Assembly (NCBI RefSeq): GCF_002105155.1
Contig: NW_019028993.1
Span: 744,001-808,000 of the forward strand
Length of the DNA: 64,000 bases
Source: Lobosporangium transversale
Taxonomy: Eukaryota
Direction: 5' to 3'
Shown: positions 40,262 to 50,039 of the stretch, piece after piece
Position numbering within the stretch: position 1 is the stretch's first letter
Layout of the letters: every line of letters begins with the position of its first letter
Notes under the pieces: generated by a model
Told to the model about the DNA's origin: nothing
Databases searched by the model: none
Seen by the model: the letters and a program-made list of their open reading frames with translations, nothing else
Program-made: the position numbers and the translations under genes

Positions 40262-41526
40262 TATCTTAAGAAGATGAAAGTTAAACACCGGCTCACCTCC
40301 GCGTATCACCCGCGCACAAATGGCAAAACCGAACGCACTAATGGCATCCTCGGCGCCGCATTAACAAAATACGTCGGTGATAAGATGAAGCACAAGTGGG
40401 ACCTCTTTCTAGATCAGGCACTTTTCGCCTGCCGCACCAGAATACATAGCGTATCTAAGAAGTCACCATTCTACCTAGTCTATGGAATCGAGCCCACGAT
40501 ACCTGGCGACCTCACTCGTCCTTATGTACATATTCGATGGAGCGGTTTTTACAGAGGTTCAAGCCGCGAGAGAGGCCGAGCTTGAAAGATTGAGACTTGA
40601 GAGGCTATCAAACGAGGAGCGGCAACAGGCAGCCGCAAGGCTCATGGAGGAAAGGTATAATGAGAGACATGACATCGACTCCGAAGCTCCGAGGCAAGTG
40701 TACGAGATTGGCCACTGGGTTTTAGTAAAAAACATAGCGAAAAGGAAATTTGAATACCCTTGGTATGGACCATTGCGTGTCGAGACGATTACCCCTTTTG
40801 GCGCTTACAAGCTTATCTGGCCCGATGGAAAAGCGAAAATGGACCTTGTGCATAAAGACCGTCTGAAACCGGTGAATCTACCGGCGGGTAGTCCAGAACC
40901 GACGCGCGCATGGTATAAAACCCGCAACAGTCGCGATGAACTCACCATCCCCATGGAGACCATTCAAGAAGAAGACGAGCGAGGACCTCAGTCGGAGCCA
41001 GAAGTAGGTACAGCAGTGCAACCCATACCCCTCGAAGGTTCATCGCGTACAACGGCCCCATCATCATCAGCAAGGCCCGCAGCTACCGCATCGCCCCCTC
41101 CTGCGCGACCACCACGTTCCCTCTCAAGGCCCAATCCAAAGATTGACGCCGCAGGGGCGGCTTGGATTTCTCGTGGGGAGTCTGTCCTAAATCGAGGCAA
41201 CTTAAGCTCACGTCCTATAACAAGTGACGTCATGGTAGGTAGGACCAGAGGTATACCTATAGTGGTACCCTCAAACCCACCCCGCCCTGCCTGGACGTGA
41301 GCTCAGCCACCCGATCCTCCCCGCTATAATAAATAGTGGACTCTCCGTCCCTGAAGTGTTCCTTACCTTTATCTTGGTACAACACTTCAGGTATGCAACC
41401 TCATTCATCTCAGCACTAGTTACTTGTATAGTATTATATGTATCATAAACTAATAAAGACCTTTATCTTGGTACAACACTTCAGTGTGTTCTATGTATTT
41501 GCGTCTTGCTGCGGTTTTTAAGGGCA
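40262..41526 (+). mobile_element. Gy3: Gypsy 3' remnant (integrase end, PPT, 344-bp 3' LTR at 41183-41526)
   Basis: TSAYHPRTNGKTER integrase motif, frameshifted; C-terminus resembles Gy2; LTR TGTCCTAAA...TTTAAGGGCA. Confidence 0.85.
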
Positions 41527-41982
41527 TCTCAGTATAACCCCCGGTTCTTAAGACAGTGATTTTTTCACACAAATGTCGTAGAGCATCTACTAGTGATCTC
41601 TGGAAACTAGTAGGTAATGATGAAAAATGAAGAATTGGGCAAGAGCCTCGTGGTTTTGGGATACGATAGTGATCCTAAGTAATGCTTTGAATGATTTTGA
41701 GGATGCTGCAAAAGGGCATCGATAATAAGAAGAGAGATGCCGTTTTTGCAGTGAAGGAAAAAGCTACTTAAATACTATTTAAAAATGGTAGTAAATAGGA
41801 TGATAGGAAATAAATAAATTGAAAGGAAATACATATTTAGGTAAATGAATAGGCGTCATTTACGACACCCCTCCATTCGGATTGGCACTACTCCTGGAGT
41901 GCCTGGATAAACGCCGTAGCTCTCTCAGATAAATCTCAGCAGCATTTGCTGGAGGAATGATAGGAGAAGGAGGAGCTACAGC

Positions 41983-42292
41983 CAGTGCTCCTATTCGATT
42001 CGAACGGATCGAGTTCGAATAGCTTCGAATAAGCCATATCCTGGTTCGATTCGAATGGTTCGAATGGTTCGAATGGTTCGAATAGGACCACTGGTTACGC
42101 GTAGTGAAAGTATGATCCTTGTACTTTACACCCAATCAAAAAAAAAAAAAAAAAAAAAAAAAAGTTTAAAATTATCATTTACTATTGTTCCAATAGTTCG
42201 AATAAATCGAAGGCTCGAATCATTCGAACCATTCGAATAGCATTCGAATTTTGTTATCTAATCGAATTCGAATGGTTCGAATAGGAGCACTG
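41983..42292. mobile_element. hAT-type MITE (long form) in the Gy2 pol 3' end
   Basis: TIR CAGTGCTCCTATTCGA, 8-bp TSD GCTACAGC, many TTCGAA motifs. Confidence 0.92.
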
Positions 42293-45200
42293 GCTACAGC
42301 ATCACGATCAGCGATGAACTGCTCTTGAGCTACACGTTGTCGTGCAGCATCTTGAATTTGTGCCGTTACTGGATCAAGTTCAATGGGTGATCCGTCCATG
42401 GAATTATCCATAGAAAATTCATCAGAAGCGCTTTTTGGTCTATACCAAGGCGCCTTAGGCAACTCATTATTGACTAGAACAGCCTTCTTCAATCTATCTT
42501 GATGGACTAAGTCAGCTTTTATCGTACCGTCAGGCCATGCAAGCTGAAAGGTATGTAGAGGCGTTGCTCGAACAATACGTAGGGGACCATAAAAACTTTG
42601 ATCAAATTTCTTCTTAGCGAAGTGCTTCACAAGGACGGCGTCACCTGGAAGAAATTTATTTTCGTCGATTTCATTCTGCTTGTCATAGGTAGAAGCCATA
42701 AGACCTGCTGCTTTCTGTTGTAGACCATGTGCTTTGCGACGTATTTCATCAATCTGATCAAACTGTTGTTGTCTGTAAGCTGAGTAATCATCTTCCGTTA
42801 TGAAGTCGAATAAATGAGGGTGAGAAGTATCTCCAGGGATAACTGGATCTAGACCATAAACCAGTTTAAAAGGTGACACTTTAGTGATAGAGTGTATACG
42901 AACTCGACATGCGAATAAGGCTTGTAAAATGTATCTGTCCCAAGCTGTACGATGATTTCCGACAAACTTGTTAATCATTGTGCCTAATAAGCCGTTAAAT
43001 CGTTCGCACTTTCCGCTGGCTCGGGGATGGTATGCAGATGTTAGTTGATGGTTCGTACCCATCCGATTCATATATCGCTGTAAGGTCGCTGCCGTGAAAT
43101 TTGATCCACGGTCTGTGACAATTTCAGATGGACATCCAAACTGCATAAAAATTTCCTCATAAATAAAGTCAGCAACTGCCGATGCAGTCGCTTCATGCAC
43201 AGCACGGGCTAAGGGCCAGTTGGTAGCATAATCAATTGCGGTGATAATCCAACGATTGCCATTCTTGGTTTTCGGTAGGGCTCCTATGAAGTCCATTCCC
43301 CAGCGCTGAAAGGGCAAGGTAGGCTCTAGAGGATGTAGAGGTGCAACAGTGGCATCTTGACGGGCTAACAGCTGACATTCAGGACAAGCTGAGACCATTG
43401 TTATAATATCAGCACGAAGGGTTGGCCACCATACACGAGTTGAAACCAGATCGAATAAGCCGTTTCGGCCAAGATGACCAAAGCCAGCATGATACATATA
43501 TAGAGTATCAGCTCGATTGACGAAAGGAACAAATGGGACTGGGCCGTGTTCTGTTATACGACACAAAGTATCGTGATCGACTTGGAAATGAATTGCTTCA
43601 TCTCTTACTAGTTTAGCAGATTCATCATCTTCAGGTAAGGATCCATCCTTGAAATAGGCATAGATGTATAAAGGCCAGTCAACATTATCAGCGGCAAAGT
43701 CTTTTATAGATGAAGTAGTTGCAAGAGAGGCAACTGTTGGTGTAGATAAACGAGACAAAGCATCTGCGGCTGAGTTATCGACACCTCGACGATATTGAAT
43801 ATCAAGATTGTAGGGCGCCAAAAATTCAATCCATCTGGCCATACGACCGCTCAGATGAGGTTGATTAAATAAAAAGCGTAGGCTAGCGTGATCAGTGAAG
43901 ACGGTTACTACTGATCCTAAGAGGTAAGAGCGCCATGCTCCACATGCTCGGACTATGGCCAATAGTTCCTTTTCATGGACTGGAAAATTTTTCTCAGAAT
44001 TAGAGAGCTTGTGTGACACAAAAGCAACCGGGTGAAGACGGTTATCGATCATTTGTGAAAGAACTGCTCCTGTAGCAATGTCAGAGGCATCAGTTTCCAC
44101 AAAAAATGGCTTAGAAAAGTCTCCGGGGTAAAGAACTGGTGTTGAGGTAAGCAATTGAATCAACTTGTCCATGGCTGCTTGATGGCTAGGAGTCCATTGT
44201 GGTAAAGGTCTCTTTTTGGCATTGTTTTGTCCTTCTTGCTTTAATAAATCAGTCAAGGGGCTTGCAATCTTGGCGAAGTTGCGTATAAATCGCCTGTAGT
44301 AATTTGTGAAGCCTAAGAATGAGCGTAATTCTTGAACATTGGATGGAGTGGGCCAATCTTTAAGGACTGCAACCTTGTCTGGATCGACTTCAATACCTCG
44401 AGAGGATATGACATGACCCAAGAATTTGACTTCAGATACACCAAAGGTACACTTGCTGGGCTTTGCGTGAAGGGAAGCCGATTTCAAAGCTTCTAGAACC
44501 AGCTTGAGATGTTGAACATGCTCTTTCATAGAAGAAGAGAAAATAAGGATGTCGTCTAAAAAGACAACAACGAACTTGTCCAAGAATTCCTTTAAGACAT
44601 CATTGGTTAAAGTCTGGCATGTAGCAGGTCCTCCTGTGAGACCAAAAGGCATGACTACGTATTCGAAATGGCCATATCTTGTATTGAAAGCAGTTTTTGG
44701 AATGTCTGCAGGGTGAATACGCACTTGATTAAAAGCACTTTCTAAGTCTAGCTTGGAGAAAACAGTAGCACCAGTAAATCGATCGAAAAATTCTTCGATC
44801 AAGGGAAGTGGGTACCTATTCTTGATTGTGATTGAGTTCAAAGCTCTATAATCAATACACAGCCGGAGGGAACCATCGCTCTTGGTCACGAATAGAACAG
44901 GGGATGCCCACGGGGAAATGGAAGGTCTGATAAAGCCTTTCTTAAGTAAATCATCAAGTTGTTGCTTTAAAACTAACAACTCTTTTGGGGACATCTTGTA
45001 GGCTCGCTTATAGATCGGGCGTGCGTCTACTGTATCAATGTGATGATCTTGAGGTCTCTGTGGTGGTAGAGTCGACAATGGAGTGAAGACAGAATTTTCA
45101 TATTCGTATAAAAGCTTCTGTAGTGTAGGATCAATATTGTTGTCTTTAATAACTTCCGCTAACGAAAGAGCAGAAATTTTCGGAGTCGATTGTTCATCTT

Positions 45201-46818
45201 GAAGAAAAACCAAACCCAGGTCTTGTTGATTTGACACAGCACGCTGGATGGCTCGATGAGTACACAACGAATCCATTTGAGGTTCCGAAGAAAGAACCTT
45301 TGGGGATGAGTCTTTGGAAGAAGCCTTGTATGATGCTCCATTCACAGTCCAAGTCAAAGTTCCTTGAACATAATCAGTATTTGGATTATACTTCTTTAAC
45401 CAAACCAGGCCAAGGTAAATGTCTTGACTTAGGATATCAGCCACGCAAAATTCCTCGTCATGAGTAAAGTTGCCGATAGTAAATACGAGAGTGACTAAGC
45501 TTGTCAACTTTACGTTACTAAGATTGGCTGTAGTGGCGATTGTTGGCCGATTGAGTTTTGTTTCTTTTTTTATGAGCGAAGGATCATATGCGCGGATCCT
45601 GTTAAGCGCTGTTGTAGAGATCGCGTTGCAATTGCATCCGCCGTCGATAAGGGCAATCAGCTCAGTTGAGCCGACGTTCGTTTTGATGAAGATCTGTTCA
45701 GGCAACATTTTGATGTGATCTTCTAGTGGTGCTGATTTATCTGTCATTGTAGTAGGCTCAACGGTATGAGCTTGTAATTGATTAACATGGGCAGATTTGT
45801 CAGGCTTATTATCAGGCTTTGTAGGGCAAGCGTACCCTTTGTGATCTGTCTTGCCACAGATATAGCATGACCGGGGACCATTGCCACCGTTTTTGTAGCA
45901 TTGTACCTCAGAATGGCCGTGCCTGCCACAAGTAGGACAAGGTGGACGTCTTGTTCTGAGGGAATCTATGTCCATAGTAGATTCCGCAACATGGTCATGG
46001 TCTTGATGACGGTCTTGATGACGGTCTTGGTGTTGTTGTGAATTATTTTGATGAGAATTGTTTTGATGAGAGTTATTTCGATGATAAGTGGTATGTGAGG
46101 TTGAATGTCTGACAAAGTCATTATTTTTGTAAGATGCTTGATGTGGAGGAGGAGTATGAGGTTTGTCATTGGATCTTGATGCCTTGTCTAAGAGTCTCTT
46201 TGCGTCCCAGTTATGAGATTCTGTGCGACAAACATCTAGGACTTCATTCCAGGTCGTGGCGTTCTCTTTCTGAAGCTTGCGCTGGAGCCATAAATCTGCG
46301 ACTCGACGGAAGTTCCATACTTTTTCTCCTTCGGGAATTTTATCACGAAGTGGATAGTATGCTGCCTCGAACTCACGGACGAATTCCATAACATCTGAGT
46401 TCGGTTTCATGGATAAATTGTCGTACTTGTAACGTAGCTCGAACTCATCATCCGCCTTGGCAAATTGTTCCTTAAAATCTTGAGCGAATTTTTTCCAAGT
46501 GAGGATATTCTTAGTCTCAAGATCGTCAATGTGTCTAAGACTCCAATCACGTGCGATCTTTTCCATATGTAGAGCAACACGAACTGTAAAGAAGTTATCA
46601 TTGACGTTGGAAATTTTGTACAAAGCGTCCATAGCGCGTAACCAGGATGAAACATCCGTCTTGCTATCGAATCGTTCAATTCCTGCAAGATTAAAATGCT
46701 GATTGGTTGTAGTTTCCATATTTACATCACCATCGGTGTCAAGAAAGGAATTGGAGGATGTGGTCGTGGTAGAGGAGCTTGCGGTGCTTTGAACGTTGAT
46801 ATTGGATGGGGGTTTCAT
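42220..46818 (-). CDS. Gy2 single-ORF Gag-Pol (2 CCHC knuckles, PR, RT, RNaseH, IN); original stop at 41860 before the MITE insertion
   Basis: CPTC..H..C and CYIC..H..C; LIDGG; LCIDYRALN; FLDD; ETDAS; HHCC and DDE integrase. Confidence 0.95.
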   Translation of the reverse strand: MKPPSNINVQSTASSSTTTTSSNSFLDTDGDVNMETTTNQHFNLAGIERFDSKTDVSSWLRAMDALYKISNVNDNFFTVRVALHMEKIARDWSLRHIDDLETKNILTWKKFAQDFKEQFAKADDEFELRYKYDNLSMKPNSDVMEFVREFEAAYYPLRDKIPEGEKVWNFRRVADLWLQRKLQKENATTWNEVLDVCRTESHNWDAKRLLDKASRSNDKPHTPPPHQASYKNNDFVRHSTSHTTYHRNNSHQNNSHQNNSQQHQDRHQDRHQDHDHVAESTMDIDSLRTRRPPCPTCGRHGHSEVQCYKNGGNGPRSCYICGKTDHKGYACPTKPDNKPDKSAHVNQLQAHTVEPTTMTDKSAPLEDHIKMLPEQIFIKTNVGSTELIALIDGGCNCNAISTTALNRIRAYDPSLIKKETKLNRPTIATTANLSNVKLTSLVTLVFTIGNFTHDEEFCVADILSQDIYLGLVWLKKYNPNTDYVQGTLTWTVNGASYKASSKDSSPKVLSSEPQMDSLCTHRAIQRAVSNQQDLGLVFLQDEQSTPKISALSLAEVIKDNNIDPTLQKLLYEYENSVFTPLSTLPPQRPQDHHIDTVDARPIYKRAYKMSPKELLVLKQQLDDLLKKGFIRPSISPWASPVLFVTKSDGSLRLCIDYRALNSITIKNRYPLPLIEEFFDRFTGATVFSKLDLESAFNQVRIHPADIPKTAFNTRYGHFEYVVMPFGLTGGPATCQTLTNDVLKEFLDKFVVVFLDDILIFSSSMKEHVQHLKLVLEALKSASLHAKPSKCTFGVSEVKFLGHVISSRGIEVDPDKVAVLKDWPTPSNVQELRSFLGFTNYYRRFIRNFAKIASPLTDLLKQEGQNNAKKRPLPQWTPSHQAAMDKLIQLLTSTPVLYPGDFSKPFFVETDASDIATGAVLSQMIDNRLHPVAFVSHKLSNSEKNFPVHEKELLAIVRACGAWRSYLLGSVVTVFTDHASLRFLFNQPHLSGRMARWIEFLAPYNLDIQYRRGVDNSAADALSRLSTPTVASLATTSSIKDFAADNVDWPLYIYAYFKDGSLPEDDESAKLVRDEAIHFQVDHDTLCRITEHGPVPFVPFVNRADTLYMYHAGFGHLGRNGLFDLVSTRVWWPTLRADIITMVSACPECQLLARQDATVAPLHPLEPTLPFQRWGMDFIGALPKTKNGNRWIITAIDYATNWPLARAVHEATASAVADFIYEEIFMQFGCPSEIVTDRGSNFTAATLQRYMNRMGTNHQLTSAYHPRASGKCERFNGLLGTMINKFVGNHRTAWDRYILQALFACRVRIHSITKVSPFKLVYGLDPVIPGDTSHPHLFDFITEDDYSAYRQQQFDQIDEIRRKAHGLQQKAAGLMASTYDKQNEIDENKFLPGDAVLVKHFAKKKFDQSFYGPLRIVRATPLHTFQLAWPDGTIKADLVHQDRLKKAVLVNNELPKAPWYRPKSASDEFSMDNSMDGSPIELDPVTAQIQDAARQRVAQEQFIADRDAVASAPIRTIRIRLDNKIRMLFEWFE

Positions 46819-46946
46819 TGTTGATAAATAAAAGGTCTTTGTTTGAAAAAAAGGGCAAATAAGGGGATGAATAAATAAAAATGTGTGTAAACAAGTAAAA
46901 AGGTAACAAATAAGGAAAGAGATAAATGAAACGGAAAAAGAAAGCT

Positions 46947-46986
<40 letters not shown>

Positions 46987-47564
46987 ATATGCGCGAAAAA
47001 TAAAAGTGTGTGGTGAAGGTAAAGAATTTGGTTGAGGAAAAGCAAAAAGTTTGTAATATGATCACAACAAAAGGATGAATATGTACAATCAAAAAGTGTC
47101 AAGAAGAATAATAATGGAGTAGTAACTAGGTCGCGTTAGAGGTTAAAAGAACCTTTGCTACCATTTGTCGTAGAGCATCTACTAGTGATCTCTGGAAACT
47201 AGTAGGTAATGATGAAAAATGAAGAATTGGGCAAGAGCCTCGTGGTTTTGGGATACGATAGTGATCCTAAGTAATGCTTTGAATGATTTTGAGGATGCTG
47301 CAAAAGGGCATCGATAATAAGAAGAGAGATCTTTAATAACTGCTAATTTTCTGAGAATTCATAATGAGAATAATGAAGATAAACTCACCTGCAAAAGGGC
47401 ATCGATAATAAGAAGAGAGATGCCGTTTTTGCAGTGAAGGAAAAAGCTACTTAAATACTATTTAAAAATGGTAGAAAATAGGATGATAGGAAATAAATAA
47501 ATTAAAAGGAAATACATATTTAGGTAAATGAATAGGCGTCATTTACGACAACATAAGCAATGTT

Positions 47565-47637
47565 GCTTTCCTAGCTCAGTTGGCAGAGCGTCAGTCTCAT
47601 AATCTGAAGGTCGTGAGTTCGAACCTCACGGAGAGCA
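47565..47637 (+). tRNA. tRNA-Met(CAT), elongator type
   Basis: Acceptor stem GCTTTCC/GGAGAGC, D-arm GCTC/GAGC, anticodon loop CTCATAA, T-loop TTCGAA, T5 terminator at 47641. Confidence 0.95.
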
Positions 47638-47647
47638 ATCTTTTTAT

Positions 47648-48051
47648 GGATCAATCTATTTGGCAGCCCATGCCAAATATAGTAATTTTTGCCTCTATTT
47701 GGCAGCCTAATTCTGGGGGCTGCCACTTAACTTCGCACTCTTGGGTGGCAGCTGGGCTGCCAAATACATTACTTTTTTTTTTTTTTTTTTTTTTGATAAA
47801 CAGGGTCATAACATCAGTGGTAAAACAAGCAGCGTTCTGTGGATACATTGCCTTGCACAGCTAATGCCGCCGGAGGTACTAAGGACAGCGGCGATGACAT
47901 CTTCACAAAACAGCCTTCAATGTACACGGTTAGGGAATGGTTTATTGAAGACGTCTAGGTAGTAGGTGAGACGCGTTTGCTCCGAGCGAAAACCTCTCAT
48001 AGGCATTGATCTCCAAATGGCACCTCCAAAACTGTATGAGCGACCTACTTG

Positions 48052-48088
<37 letters not shown>

Positions 48089-48378
48089 TTAGTTTTCTAA
48101 ATGAGACAAGACAATGTCACTACACATGACTATGACGTAGAAGACGGGAGCTGTATTAATTTAAAGTATGAGCGTTATATACATATACGGTTCCTAGGAA
48201 TGAAAAAAAAAAAAAAAAAAAAAATAGTTAGAGGCCAAATAACGCTGGGTAGGCTGCCAAGTAAATAATGAATGTTATTTGGCAACTGGGCTGCCAAAGA
48301 GAGTCTTGAAAGTTGATTATATTTGACAATGGGCTGCCAAATAATATTTAGCAACTAGGCTGCCAAATAGATTAATCC
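47648..48378. mobile_element. Non-autonomous TIR element (GG...CC ends) containing a Tc1-C TIR fragment
   Basis: TIR GGAT(C/T)AATCTATTTGGCAGCC at both ends; repeated GGCAGCC/GGCTGCC motifs; no clear TSD. Confidence 0.65.
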
Positions 48379-48381
48379 TTG

Positions 48382-48576
48382 TGCAAAAGTCAAGGTAGTG
48401 TTCTAGGGGGATCTAAGGGTGCAATAAAGGTATCTTTATTCAGGGGGAACTATGCTACAGAACTAGATAGAAAAGTAGACCTATTTATACTAGTTAATGT
48501 CCTGTTGCAAGGAATGCTCTAGAAATATGGGCGAAATACTATGTTGCACAAAATTATTATAGTGATTTCGCTTGCA
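48382..48576 (-). mobile_element. Solo LTR of the Gy4 family
   Basis: Appears identical to 36823-37017; no matching TSD. Confidence 0.9.
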
Positions 48577-48813
48577 CGTCTTCTTCTACGTCGTAGTTAT
48601 GCGTTGTGACATTAGCTTGTCTCATTTGGAAAGCTAATGACTTTTTTGTTCATTCAGGTCATTGAATCAGTTTCACATGTGGTCTAAAATGTTGCCCATG
48701 ACAACTGCTGGACGTCATTTAATGCAAGTAAAAAAAGGACTTTTCTCTCTTTCTTTTATGAACACTTGCTTAACTCTCTCTTAACTATACCTTCACAGAA
48801 TATGAGACCCACT

Positions 48814-49479
48814 CAGTGCTCCTATTCGATTCGAACGGTTCGATTCGAATGGTTCGAATGACGCGAATTATTCGAGTAGTGCGAGTGTCGAATGACGCGA
48901 ATTATTCGAGTAGTTCGAGTGTCGAATGACGCGAATTATTCGAGTAGTTCGAGTGTCGAATGACGCGAATTATTCGAGTAGTTCGAGTGTCGAATGACGC
49001 GAATTATTCGAGTAGTTCGAATGTCGAATGACGCGAATTATTCGAGTAGTTCGAGTGTCGAATGGTTTGTCACGAACAGCAAGCAATGTCTAGCTCATGA
49101 ATTGATGAATGACTTTTGTCTGATTCGAATCTGAAAAAGATCACGTGTGCTTGATTAATTTGTTCCGCTCATTTCCTTCACTCATTCCTCCATGCATAGT
49201 TTGCCTGTCAAGCCAAGTCGCGTCTCTTAGTTTTCTAGCTCCGTGAATAGCTCCAAGGATTCTAGAAGAGCTATAAACCAATAACCAAGACTTATAGTGC
49301 CAAGGAACCTTGAAATAAGATTGCACCAGATATCTTCCTCGGATCCTGTGTATTAAGTTAACTCAACACTTGGAGTTCCGCATATGGTAAAAGTCCTTAG
49401 GAAATATTTGAGTAAGCTTTATTTAGAATTCTTGAAGCGCGTCTCCGCTTCAGTCAAACAAGTATAAATATGATAGATT
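48814..49479. mobile_element. hAT-family element left end with subterminal tandem array
   Basis: Starts CAGTGCTCCTATTCGATTCGAACGG like 41983; right TIR not found. Confidence 0.7.
48854..49057. repeat. 34-bp tandem repeat x6 (TCGAATGACGCGAATTATTCGAGTAGTTCGAGTG)
   Basis: Contiguous units with no spacers. Confidence 0.95.
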
Positions 49480-50039
49480 TGTAACATAGTAAACCTCAGT
49501 CTGCAATAAAACTATTCTTGAATCTCCTAAGTTCATTCTTGTTCCTAAATCACTTACCTTCTCTTGCAATCGTCCTGTCAGTCCTTGACAGCGTCTCTAT
49601 TTATATGTTATTCATGGGCTATGCTTATCAGTGAGTCATAGGGCTGTACCTATCGATGACTCATGGGCTATGCTTATCGATGGGCTATGTTTATCAATGA
49701 GTCAAAGGCTATGCTTATCAATGAGTCATAGGCTATGCTTATCATTGAGTCATAGGCTATGCTTTCACATGCTACACTATCATGCAAAACTGATTCAATA
49801 ATTCATTCCCATGTGCATTTCTTTTTTTCATTCCTAGAAACCGTATATGCATACACCACTCATACTTTGGTTTAATAAAGCTCCCGTCTTCTTCTACGTC
49901 ATAGTGATGCGTTGTGACATTAGCTTGTCTCATTTGAATAGCTAATGACTTTTTTGTTCATGCAGGTCATTGAATCAGTTTCACATGTGCCCATTCGGTG
50001 GCCAAAGATCTTTATTCTTTTGTGAGGCATAACCTTACA

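Larger units (their letters stand above)
41574..47550 (-). mobile_element. Gy2: full-length Gypsy without chromodomain; 5' LTR 47166-47550, 3' LTR 41574-41867
   Basis: Paired LTRs TGTCGTA..TACGACA, PBS TGGTAGCAAAG (47153-47163), PPT, TSD ACAAA/ACATA. Confidence 0.95.

Noticed and set aside
36818..48581. LTRs at 36823 and 48382 as the two ends of one element (flanks CATCT/CGTCT)
   Set aside because: No PBS or gag next to 48382, and CGTCT is native Tc1-C TIR sequence, so the resemblance is likely chance
48854..49057. 34-bp repeats resembling a CRISPR array
   Set aside because: Units are contiguous with no unique spacers, no cas genes are present, and the context is a eukaryotic transposon
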